Part shown: positions 18,355 through 26,597 of the stretch, piece after piece | How the letters are laid out: each line of letters starts with the position of its first letter | Numbering within the stretch: position 1 is the stretch's first letter | Origin: Candidatus Woesearchaeota archaeon | GTDB taxonomy: Archaea; Nanobdellota; Nanobdellia; Woesearchaeales; BM511 | Direction: 5' to 3' | Assembly: GCA_018221135.1 (NCBI GenBank) | Contig: JAAOYB010000009.1 | Coordinates: forward strand, 1 to 56,477 | DNA length: 56,477 nt | The notes under the pieces: generated by a model | Seen by the model: only the letters and a program-made list of their open reading frames with translations | Told to the model about the DNA's origin: nothing | Database searches by the model: none | Program-made: the position numbers and the translations under genes

Positions 18355-18687
18355 ATGTCTAAGAAAAAAATTATCAAAAAAGATTTAGTCGAACAAAAAA
18401 AAATTGCCAAGAAAAGAATAGAGGATTTGCTAAACCAGGCAAAAGATGTTTTTAGCGAGGACGCCGCTTTGAGTAATCGTTACGTTGAGCTTGCTAGAAA
18501 GATATCTATGAAAAGCAATGTTCGCTTTACTAGCGAACAAAAAAGGTTATTCTGCAAGCACTGCTACACTTTTTTGTCTCCGGGGATTAATTGTAGGGTT
18601 AGGGTTCGTGATAAATTAATAGTGTATTATTGTGAGGCGTGCAAAAAGTTTAGTCGTTTTGGGTATTCTAGGAAGCCAAGTAAATAA
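18355..18687 (+). CDS. rnp4: RNase P protein component 4 (Rpp21/Rpr2)
   Basis: It contains NRYVELARKISMK, then the zinc ribbon CKHCYTFL...RVRV...YYCEACKKF. The ATG at 18355 is preferred over the TTG at 18349. Confidence 0.8.
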   Translation: MSKKKIIKKDLVEQKKIAKKRIEDLLNQAKDVFSEDAALSNRYVELARKISMKSNVRFTSEQKRLFCKHCYTFLSPGINCRVRVRDKLIVYYCEACKKFSRFGYSRKPSK

Positions 18688-18839
18688 GGGTGTTTTAAAT
18701 TTTTTTTTTAAGGTTTAAAGGTAAGTTTTTTAAAGTAAGCATTGATTCTTTGCGTGATTCGATATAGAACCAGGGGGTTTTGTTGAGTGATTACACACAC
18801 AAAAAAGCTTAGTATTACTATTTAGTGATAACATAATAG

Positions 18840-18869
18840 AAAGGTTTATATAGTATTAGTTACTATATA
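18840..18869 (+). promoter_or_regulatory. BRE/TATA box overlapped by a 23-bp palindrome
   Basis: The box AAAGGTTTATATA is at 18840-18852. The palindrome TATATAGTA-TTAGT-TACTATATA (18847-18869) has perfect 9-bp arms. Confidence 0.45.
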
Positions 18870-18882
18870 GTAGTTATTATAA

Positions 18883-18983
18883 GTGTGTTGGGGGTAAAAG
18901 TCAAAGAATATACTTTCTTTACCAAAGATCGTTCACCCACCCCAAAAAACCCAACTTTGACTTTTACCCTCATACAAACACAC
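18883..18983 (+). ncRNA. Long-stem structured element (candidate 5' leader or small RNA)
   Basis: GGGTAAAAGTCAAAG (18892-18906) pairs perfectly with CTTTGACTTTTACCC (18955-18969). The outer GTGTGTT (18883-18889) pairs with AACACAC (18977-18983). The loop is 48 nt and contains a C-rich tract. Confidence 0.35.
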
Positions 18984-19034
18984 TTATATTTTTTATCAAA
19001 ATCACAAAAAATCATTCAAAAAGAGGCAAAAAAA

Positions 19035-19427
19035 GTGAAAGCAAAAAACGTATCAGACTCAATGAAAGCAGTTTTAGCAGGAACTACAGCAGCCGTAGGT
19101 GATTGGTATATAAGAGCAGGAGTTTACTCAAGCGAAAAACTAAACAGCTTAACTCAAACATACATAAACTCAAAAACAGATAATACTGCACTAACAGAGG
19201 TATTACCTGTTAATAAAGAACAATTAGACTCTATAGTTTCACAATTTGATGGACAATTAAACGGTTTTCCAGAAACCTTTGAACAATTTGTTTATGGTAT
19301 TAATGAAGGGATGCAATTCGGTACACGACTTGTTGAATCATTTTCAGCAGGGCTTGCCGCAGCAGCGCTTACAGGATTATTTTTATACGCAAAATCTTTA
19401 CCAAATAAGTATGAGAGTAATAGGTGA
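19035..19427 (+). CDS. Hypothetical protein with a C-terminal TM helix
   Basis: The in-frame GTG at 19035 is preceded by AAGAGG 8 nt upstream, and an alternative ATG is at 19062. The track ORF start at 18885 would translate through the hairpin. The C-terminal hydrophobic segment is AGLAAAALTGLFLY. Confidence 0.45.
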   Translation: MKAKNVSDSMKAVLAGTTAAVGDWYIRAGVYSSEKLNSLTQTYINSKTDNTALTEVLPVNKEQLDSIVSQFDGQLNGFPETFEQFVYGINEGMQFGTRLVESFSAGLAAAALTGLFLYAKSLPNKYESNR

Positions 19428-19432
19428 TATTT

Positions 19433-19582
19433 ATGTCAGATTACGATTTTAACGACGATGACACAAACATCCTTGACGAACTAGAAGAGATGAACAAAAA
19501 GAAAAAAGTATCCATGAACGCTGTCCTAAACAAGAAAAAAATATCAAAGTTTGAGATGGACGATTTTTTCATGGGAGGATAA
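19433..19582 (+). CDS. Small charged protein (49 aa) ending in Gly-Gly
   Basis: MSDYDFNDDDTNILDELEEMNKKKKVSMNAVLNKKKISKFEMDDFFMGG. The ATG is 6 nt after the upstream stop, and a terminator-like A/T-run follows. It is below the ORF-track size cutoff. Confidence 0.35.
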   Translation: MSDYDFNDDDTNILDELEEMNKKKKVSMNAVLNKKKISKFEMDDFFMGG

Positions 19583-19723
19583 AAAAACACCAAAACTTTT
19601 TTTACTCCTACAAAAAAATTACTAAAAACGAAAAATTTATAAACCAATAACCTATATTATTTGATTATTATTTGATTATTTATCATAATCACGTAATCAA
19701 CTAGGGGGAAGTTGTTGTATAAA

Positions 19724-19849
19724 ATGGGAAAAAGAACTAGAAGAAGTAAGACTAACACAACGTTTTTCTTGGACATATCAGAAGAAGATCCAGAAAAAGG
19801 CAGGAAATGGAAGAAAACAGACAAGTGGAGAAGCAACACTTGGATGTAA
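19724..19849 (+). CDS. Small basic protein (41 aa), speculative
   Basis: MGKRTRRSKTNTTFFLDISEEDPEKGRKWKKTDKWRSNTWM. The ATG is preceded by a GGGGG purine tract about 13 nt upstream. Confidence 0.25.
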   Translation: MGKRTRRSKTNTTFFLDISEEDPEKGRKWKKTDKWRSNTWM

Positions 19850-19892
19850 AAAAAACATATTTTTAAATAATTTCTTCTAAAAACAAAAAATT

Positions 19893-20147
19893 ATGAGCTT
19901 TGATTTAGAATTAGAAAGAGTCAAAAAAATAATCCTAGAACAAAAACCTACGCGAGTACTTCTACAACTACCTGAAGGGTTAAGACCCCAAGCCAAAAAA
20001 ATACAAGATTTTCTAGAAAAAAACACTAAAGCGACAATTTTGTTATGGGCTGGTACGGCTTACGGCGCGTGCGATGTTCCAGAACTACAAGCCAAGAAGA
20101 TAGGCGTTGACGTAATAATCACGTGGGGGCACACAGAATGGAGATAA
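19893..20147 (+). pseudogene. dph2: N-terminal remnant of diphthamide synthase Dph2 (about one quarter of the normal length)
   Basis: The 84 aa RVLLQLPEGLRPQAKKIQDFLEKNTKATILLWAGTAYGACDVPELQAKKIGVDVIITWGH align by eye with the first ~85 residues of archaeal Dph2. The frame stops right after GHTEWR, and a different gene begins at 20138. Confidence 0.6.
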
Positions 20148-21316
20148 AAACAGAGATACTAACAAAACTAAGCCCAAAAATACAAAAAGCAATAAAACTA
20201 ATAGAGAGCAGCGCTAAAGCTAAACAAGTAATTTTCTTAAGGTATCACAACGACTGCGACGGGTACACCGCCGCCGTGGCATTGGATACATTGATTCATA
20301 AAAAGATAAGCGAGAATCACTTTAAAGAACGAGACACTTTTTATTTTTATAGAAGGCAGCCTTGCCAAGCACCTTTTTATAGTTTTGAAGATTCAACAAG
20401 AGACATAAACTACATCTACGACAGCATGGTCACCCGAAACAAAGAACCATTAATGGTTCTAGTAGATAATGGGAGCAGTGAACAAGATCTAGAAGGTCTT
20501 AGAAGACTAAAAACGTATGGTTTTAGAATAATAGTGATAGACCACCACCCACCAAGCGAGTTAGTTGACGACGTAGTTGATATTCACATAAATCCCTGGC
20601 ATGTAAAAAAAGATCCTCTTCTAAGCGCGGGAACACTCGCAGCGCACATAGCATTTCTTGGCATGCAACAAAAACATGAGGAGTTCTACAATTTTTTAGC
20701 AGCGATTAGTTCTATAAGTGATAAGGCTGAAGGAGAAGAATATAGAGCAGTTTTTGAAAAAGTCAAAAATAAGTATTCTTACGACGAGCTAAAATTAATA
20801 GGTGACGTAGTAGATTATGAATCTCAAAGATCAGGGTACATTGAGAGTTGGGTCTTAATAAAAGAATTACTAACCAACCAGGGCGGGAAAAGAGAAGAGA
20901 TAATTAAGACTTCATCAAATAACAGAAAATACAAACAAGAACAAAGTCTCAAAACAAGCCTAAAATACGCAGATACCAAAATCGATAACGACAAAGTCGT
21001 TACGTGGCTAGATATAGGATCAACTAGTTTTAGAGGTGATTACCCTAGCATGAGAGTAATCATTGGTTCGTTGCACAGAGAAATCGAGGCAAAGAATAAA
21101 GATAAAGAAGTAATTACTTTTGCTTATTCTTCTGAGATGATAACCCTTCGCGCAAACGATAAGAGCAAATTCGACTCTAATAAAATAATAAAGAATCTTA
21201 AAGAAAGTTTTCCTTACGCAAAAATCGACGGCGGAGGACACCCCCACGCAGCGAGCATAAGATTTATTAGTGCTTCTAGAGATGAGATAATACAAGCAAT
21301 AAAAAAATTAATATAA
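20138..21316 (+). CDS. DHH/DHHA1 phosphoesterase (archaeal RecJ/GAN-like)
   Basis: It carries motif I HNDCDGY, motif II LVDNGS, motif III VIDHHPP and motif IV DGGGHPHAAS. The ATG at 20138 is preferred, while the track starts at 20123. Confidence 0.7.
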   Translation: MEIKTEILTKLSPKIQKAIKLIESSAKAKQVIFLRYHNDCDGYTAAVALDTLIHKKISENHFKERDTFYFYRRQPCQAPFYSFEDSTRDINYIYDSMVTRNKEPLMVLVDNGSSEQDLEGLRRLKTYGFRIIVIDHHPPSELVDDVVDIHINPWHVKKDPLLSAGTLAAHIAFLGMQQKHEEFYNFLAAISSISDKAEGEEYRAVFEKVKNKYSYDELKLIGDVVDYESQRSGYIESWVLIKELLTNQGGKREEIIKTSSNNRKYKQEQSLKTSLKYADTKIDNDKVVTWLDIGSTSFRGDYPSMRVIIGSLHREIEAKNKDKEVITFAYSSEMITLRANDKSKFDSNKIIKNLKESFPYAKIDGGGHPHAASIRFISASRDEIIQAIKKLI

Positions 21317-21328
21317 AAACTTTTTTTT
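21315..21328. terminator. Putative bidirectional terminator between the convergent recJ-like and giant genes
   Basis: AAAAACTTTTTTTT fills the 10-nt gap between two convergent stops. Confidence 0.5.
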
Positions 21329-24300
21329 ATGTTAGTTCTGTGTAGAAATCAACAGTTGAGTAAACTCCTTCATGATAATCACGCAGAAGAGCCGGGAAGT
21401 AAACTTCGTAATCATAAACTCCGTATTCTCCTACTAAGTCTTGGTTGATTTTTGTTATGAACAGAACATCTTGGCTGCCATCGTATTCTAATCCGCCATC
21501 GCTGTAATCCCATAAAATACCAGTTACGAAATTGTCATTGATGGTGCTGTTAACAATTGCTACGTTACTAAGGTTCTTATAATAAATATTAAAATTGCTT
21601 GTTTGCTTAGGCAAACCACCAAGGGTGTAAGTGGTGTTGACACCATCAACGAAATTAGTCATGTTAAGCTCGGAATCCAACTCTTCAAAATCATTATTAA
21701 GACTAGAACTATTATCAATTCTTCTGCCAAGACTTTGTAAACTACTAAAATCTATGTAGCTACCAGTCTCAACCACGAAGACATTACCTGTAGGGTTAGA
21801 GTAATCCCATCCACTAACTGTTTCATTAGATGCCTTAGCAAGGGTTATTGTGCCACTAACATTGCCAAAAGTCAAACTCCAAGCAGGAACATTAACAGTA
21901 TTATAAGCCTTATTATTAGTTTCGTCAGTCTCAACCACGCTACCATTCGTACTCAGTGGAGGGTCAACAACTACATAAATATCAATCGGGCCGGGTCGTG
22001 AGATAATGAAACTAGTATTAACCGTGGCGTTAAAACCATATCCTAAGTAATTAATTGTTTTATTAACCCCTATTTGGACGCCTCCTAAGTCAGGGTCGCC
22101 ATCAAAGAACTGAACCTTAAAAGGAATAGTTGCATTAACGTTTCCGACATTTCTAATAGTTGCGTTAATAGTTATGTTTTGAGCTTCTCTTGGACTCGAA
22201 TTGCTAAAGAAAATGTCGTTACTAAGTATTTGAAGATCTGGGTTGGTGATGTTAACTGAGTAGTTATTTGATGCCCATCCACTGTTTCCAGCAACATCAA
22301 AACATTGAACATTCCAATTATAATACCCTTCATCTAGGTAAACAGTGAAATTATTTAACACGTCGCTTATAGGAGATGTGTTTGTCTTGTTAGATGCCCA
22401 ACTCCCATTGAAATCTCCCCAGATAGTACAATTATTAAGGTTTGCGTCGTCAGGGATGTATTGGAATGAGACGTCTCCTTTGTTTCTATAATCTTCGTCT
22501 TCAGGGTTGACTAACACAACTGTGGGAGGTGTTAAGTCCTCTGTGTATTTTAGATATATCTGGATGAAATTTGTACCATAGTATTTGTTTGCCGCGTCTC
22601 CTCCTGAATAATACCATCTGGCTCGAAGCTCAATACCATTATTTATTTGATTAACAGTTGGGAAACCTCCTGAGGTCTCATTAAACTCGCATGAAAAAGT
22701 ATCATAGCTTGGAGGTGTTGTATCTGTTAAGGTGGATTGCTGACAAATCTGTTCCCAAGAAGAACTGCTTGTATTGTACCAGTACATTTCATAGAAACCT
22801 AGAGAGTACTCTTGGTATTTTTGGTGTGTTAAATTCATCCAATGAATCGTTGAACCAGCAGTTATACTAGGATTTGAGAAATTAAAATACGCGTAGTCTT
22901 CTGTGTCTTGCTTGTCAACCCAGCTGTGTTCTTGATACAACGAGTCCGAGACATTGATTAATGAAGTGTTGCACGTCCCTGTTTCTTGAGAACAACTAAC
23001 AGGGTATATTTGGGGGTAGAATTCGTTTATGAAAACAGTGAAGTTCCAAGTCTGCGACCACCCAACATGATTTGCTGTGTCAGTGCAACTCACATTCCAA
23101 AGATAAAATCCATTATCAAGTGAGTAAACGTTGAAGAAGTTCTCACCTTCTGTTAATATATCTTTAGAATTATTGAGTGTTCCATTAAGGTATAATGAAC
23201 AATTGCTTACTACTCCTGTGTCTGTGACGTTAAAATAAAGTGTTACGTCTCCATCAATGTCTGTGGACTCTGGAGGTGGACTAGTTAAATTAATAGTTGG
23301 CGCGTAAGTATCATTAACAATTAATACATGTGATTCATAACTCGAAGTATAATTTTGAGTAGCAGGGCTACTTAAGTTTATCACGTATTGACCAGGCGTG
23401 CCAAAAAAAGAATTGTTATTCAAAGGACTAGTACCATTATTGATTAATAAGTCATCGATGTAGAGCAACAAGTAACTCTCGCCTGATACGAGGTACCCTG
23501 TTAGGTTAGCGTAACTTGACTCATTAATTGAATAATCACTGTCTGTTCCGTTAATTAATAAATTAACAGAGGAAGATGCTTTGTTAACGGTGTAGGTAAA
23601 ACTGTTTGTCCAGTTTAAGTTACTCTCGCTGTCGTTTGCGTACATCTTCCAAGAATAAGTCCCTGCAGCGATAGGTCCATAGTTGTAATAATAAATATCG
23701 TCTGTTTTCCCTATTATTGAATAATTGTGTGTTGAGCCGTTGAAGTTGTGCTCTACCCAAACAACGTCTATTATTCCGTTGTCTGTCCAAGAAACATTGA
23801 ATTGGTAGTTTTGTATGGGTGAATAATTAATTGGGCTACTCGGATAAGCAACCGGGTTTGACCAATTCGGTGGTGTTTGATCTGTTTGAGTTGTAAAAAA
23901 ATATTCAATGCTTTGATTTGTGTTACCTGCGGAGTCTGAAGAGTTCACAACGTAATAATAAGTAGTTGAAGGCAAAAGACTAGTAACGAGTACGTTATGT
24001 GAAGTTACTAGTGTTAAATCTGATTTGTTAAGAGTGTAAACACCTGTGATTAGTCCGTATTTTACAAGTGACGTCGCTGGTTCATCAGTAGTCCAGGTAA
24101 TATTAACTGATGAATCCGTTATTGAGACGTTAGCGACATTAGTGATAATGGGTGGTGTTACGTCTCCTGATTCATTAGTAGTCGCGGTGTCATTAGCCCA
24201 AAATCCTTTGTTTCCAAAAACATCTACTGGTCGTAGTTGAATCTCATAAGTCGTGTTAGAAGAGAGACTAGTTGCGTTGTAATACTCGATTCCAGCTGAG

Positions 24301-26597
24301 AGGTTTGTTTTAAACAACCCACTAACCCATACTTCTACGTGGTCTAAATCTCCATAAAACGTGGGGTTCGTCCAATTCCATAAAATCCAGGCTTCTCCTG
24401 TTAGTGTCTCGTTAAGATTAGTAATATTATTAGGTGGCGTTACGTCTTTTACATATATCCAAAGAGTTTTTGACGTCGCCGTGTAGTTTTGATTGCCAAG
24501 ATAAACAGCTGTTACGTTAAGATCTCCATGATTATTATAACTAGAAATATTGATAAGTGGTGATGGACCACTTTGGACTAGTGTGCCGTTAACGTATAAT
24601 AATATGTTTCCTTGTCCAGCAGCGAGCACGGCGGTGATGTTTACGCTTTGAGTCTCATTGATAGTGATGTTGTCTTGGCTTGAGTTAAGATACAAGTTAA
24701 TAACGCTGCTTGCTTTGCTCACAATGTATGTTTGGTTTGGCATAGAGTAATTCCAATTGTTTGAAGTGTCGTTAGCAATCGTTCTCCAAACATAACTACC
24801 AACACCTAAGGCTCCATAGTTGTAATAGTATGCGCTTCCACTATTTCCTGTTATAGGATATTGTTGATAAGTCCCTGTGAAGTTGTGTTCTATTAATACG
24901 GTGTCGACTTGTTCGTTATCAAGCCAAGTAGTGTTGAACTGATAACTAGCACTAGGACTATAAGTGGCTGGGCTTGACGGATTCGTAGTTGGACTTGACC
25001 AATAAGGAGCTATAGTGTCTCTAATTGAGTAATTAATGTAGACCCAGACATGGTCTATGTTACCCGTCGCGGATTTCTGAGCGTCTGTCGTTGCGAGTCT
25101 TATACCAAAAGTGTCATATCTTGATTCATCATCGCTTACTGTATTAAAATATGAGATGCAATCCCATGTGTGATCTAATTCTGATGTGCTCATGGTTTGC
25201 CCTGAAGCTGTTCCCCAAGTATCACTTGAGTAGTTACCAAGCTGCAAATTCCAAGTGTTGCCTTCGCTATCCCACGCTTTTACGTGAATTACGCATTCAA
25301 CTATTTCATCAATAAGATCGGTTTCGTCTGGGAAACTAACTCTTAATGGAGAATTACCATTTCCTTTATCAAAAGGCAAGTAGTTTGTGTCATCGGTTTG
25401 GATGCTTGAGAGCTCACCCGCAGTGCAAGTCGCGCCGGCGTCTTCGTTAAAACAACCATCCGCGTTGTAGGAGCTCTGAGCATACGCAGGGTCATTAGGA
25501 GTGATTGTGATATTATATTTTTCTCCAGGAACCATATCTAGTATTTTATCCCAAGTCCCATGACAAGTCTGAGTTGAGAAATTCCACTCAGCGCACTTAT
25601 ACAATTCATACCCAACAGCTACGAATTCTATGCTGCCATTTACGAAGCTTATTCTTTCAGGATCAATAGCAAAAGCACTTTTTATCCTAACCCCCGGGAC
25701 ATCTGCTTTTTCTACGGGGAGTTCTTCTATACCCAAATCAAAGCCGTTGCTTAAGTTAACATTGTTAAACCTAATTTTTTCTACGAATTTCTTTTTTGGG
25801 ATGAGATCTAATTTTTTGGCGAAGCTATTAACGCTTCTAGCACCACTAAGAAAACTATTGAACTTATCAAATTCATCAATTATAATGTCAGAATCCAAGA
25901 AGTATCCTTTACTGTTTTTTATCTTTGCAGACAAATATGTTTTCTCAATATTACTGAAGTCATTGTTTAAGCTTTGACTAAAATAATAATTACTTATCCC
26001 AAAATTCTTAGGTGTAACGCTCGTTCTTCCTACTGTAAAACTAAGGTTTCCTAATAAAAGATTATTATAATCATATACTAAGACTTCGTATATTCCTTCT
26101 TTGGATGGTACGAAGCGAGTTAGGCTTCTTATATCTCCGAGGAATTTGTAATTTTGGTTATTTGTCTGAATTACTAATGAGCTTATATCATTAGGGTTAT
26201 TTATTGTGATATCAACGTTTTCATTTACCAAGTACCTATTTTTATCTAATCTCACAATATCGTGGTTTTTGTTAGTTGTTCCAACAACAAAGCTTTTATC
26301 TTCGATTAGGGAGTCATCACTGATATTTTTTAATATGATTGAATATTCATCATTGTTTTTTGGAATGAAAAAAACACCGCTACTATAATCACCTAAGAAC
26401 TTGTAATACTCTGTTTGTGAGCTGATAACAAGATACGCGTCTCCGTGATTAATTCCTTCTATTTTTATATTGACAACGTCGTTAACTGAATATGAATCTT
26501 TTTCTAATACCAAAAAATCTGCGTTTACAAAAAAAGAACTAGTTACCACTAATAAAAAAGTCAGTAATAACTTCATACTAGTATTTGTTTTTCTCAT
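21327..26597 (-). CDS. Giant secreted surface protein (1756 aa): shared N-module, FN3-like domains, Cys-pair Ig-like modules, CARDB, shared C-module
   Basis: N-terminal signal/anchor MKLLLTFLLVVTSSFFVNA. Two FN3-like segments (for example ITNVANVSITDSSVNITWTTDEPATSLVKYG). Two W-N-V-x-C modules. CARDB-like segment about 21900-22250 ending in ETDETNNKAYN. Very high density of N-x-S/T sequons. The start overlaps the upstream stop (ATGA). Confidence 0.85.
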   Translation of the reverse strand: MRKTNTSMKLLLTFLLVVTSSFFVNADFLVLEKDSYSVNDVVNIKIEGINHGDAYLVISSQTEYYKFLGDYSSGVFFIPKNNDEYSIILKNISDDSLIEDKSFVVGTTNKNHDIVRLDKNRYLVNENVDITINNPNDISSLVIQTNNQNYKFLGDIRSLTRFVPSKEGIYEVLVYDYNNLLLGNLSFTVGRTSVTPKNFGISNYYFSQSLNNDFSNIEKTYLSAKIKNSKGYFLDSDIIIDEFDKFNSFLSGARSVNSFAKKLDLIPKKKFVEKIRFNNVNLSNGFDLGIEELPVEKADVPGVRIKSAFAIDPERISFVNGSIEFVAVGYELYKCAEWNFSTQTCHGTWDKILDMVPGEKYNITITPNDPAYAQSSYNADGCFNEDAGATCTAGELSSIQTDDTNYLPFDKGNGNSPLRVSFPDETDLIDEIVECVIHVKAWDSEGNTWNLQLGNYSSDTWGTASGQTMSTSELDHTWDCISYFNTVSDDESRYDTFGIRLATTDAQKSATGNIDHVWVYINYSIRDTIAPYWSSPTTNPSSPATYSPSASYQFNTTWLDNEQVDTVLIEHNFTGTYQQYPITGNSGSAYYYNYGALGVGSYVWRTIANDTSNNWNYSMPNQTYIVSKASSVINLYLNSSQDNITINETQSVNITAVLAAGQGNILLYVNGTLVQSGPSPLINISSYNNHGDLNVTAVYLGNQNYTATSKTLWIYVKDVTPPNNITNLNETLTGEAWILWNWTNPTFYGDLDHVEVWVSGLFKTNLSAGIEYYNATSLSSNTTYEIQLRPVDVFGNKGFWANDTATTNESGDVTPPIITNVANVSITDSSVNITWTTDEPATSLVKYGLITGVYTLNKSDLTLVTSHNVLVTSLLPSTTYYYVVNSSDSAGNTNQSIEYFFTTQTDQTPPNWSNPVAYPSSPINYSPIQNYQFNVSWTDNGIIDVVWVEHNFNGSTHNYSIIGKTDDIYYYNYGPIAAGTYSWKMYANDSESNLNWTNSFTYTVNKASSSVNLLINGTDSDYSINESSYANLTGYLVSGESYLLLYIDDLLINNGTSPLNNNSFFGTPGQYVINLSSPATQNYTSSYESHVLIVNDTYAPTINLTSPPPESTDIDGDVTLYFNVTDTGVVSNCSLYLNGTLNNSKDILTEGENFFNVYSLDNGFYLWNVSCTDTANHVGWSQTWNFTVFINEFYPQIYPVSCSQETGTCNTSLINVSDSLYQEHSWVDKQDTEDYAYFNFSNPSITAGSTIHWMNLTHQKYQEYSLGFYEMYWYNTSSSSWEQICQQSTLTDTTPPSYDTFSCEFNETSGGFPTVNQINNGIELRARWYYSGGDAANKYYGTNFIQIYLKYTEDLTPPTVVLVNPEDEDYRNKGDVSFQYIPDDANLNNCTIWGDFNGSWASNKTNTSPISDVLNNFTVYLDEGYYNWNVQCFDVAGNSGWASNNYSVNITNPDLQILSNDIFFSNSSPREAQNITINATIRNVGNVNATIPFKVQFFDGDPDLGGVQIGVNKTINYLGYGFNATVNTSFIISRPGPIDIYVVVDPPLSTNGSVVETDETNNKAYNTVNVPAWSLTFGNVSGTITLAKASNETVSGWDYSNPTGNVFVVETGSYIDFSSLQSLGRRIDNSSSLNNDFEELDSELNMTNFVDGVNTTYTLGGLPKQTSNFNIYYKNLSNVAIVNSTINDNFVTGILWDYSDGGLEYDGSQDVLFITKINQDLVGEYGVYDYEVYFPALLRDYHEGVYSTVDFYTELT

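Noticed and set aside
18885-19034. The first 50 codons of track ORF 18885..19427 (GTG start).
   Set aside because: This part coincides with a 15-bp perfect long-range stem. It encodes an implausible peptide (VLGVKVKEYTFFTKDRSPTPKNPTLTFTLIQTH...). The SD-like AAGAGG and in-frame GTG/ATG starts come after it.
19441-19839. Minus-strand ORFs 19441..19647 and 19657..19839.
   Set aside because: Their F/L/S-rich translations look antisense-derived. The plus strand offers short ORFs with proper ATG context and a following terminator-like motif, although these are themselves low-confidence.
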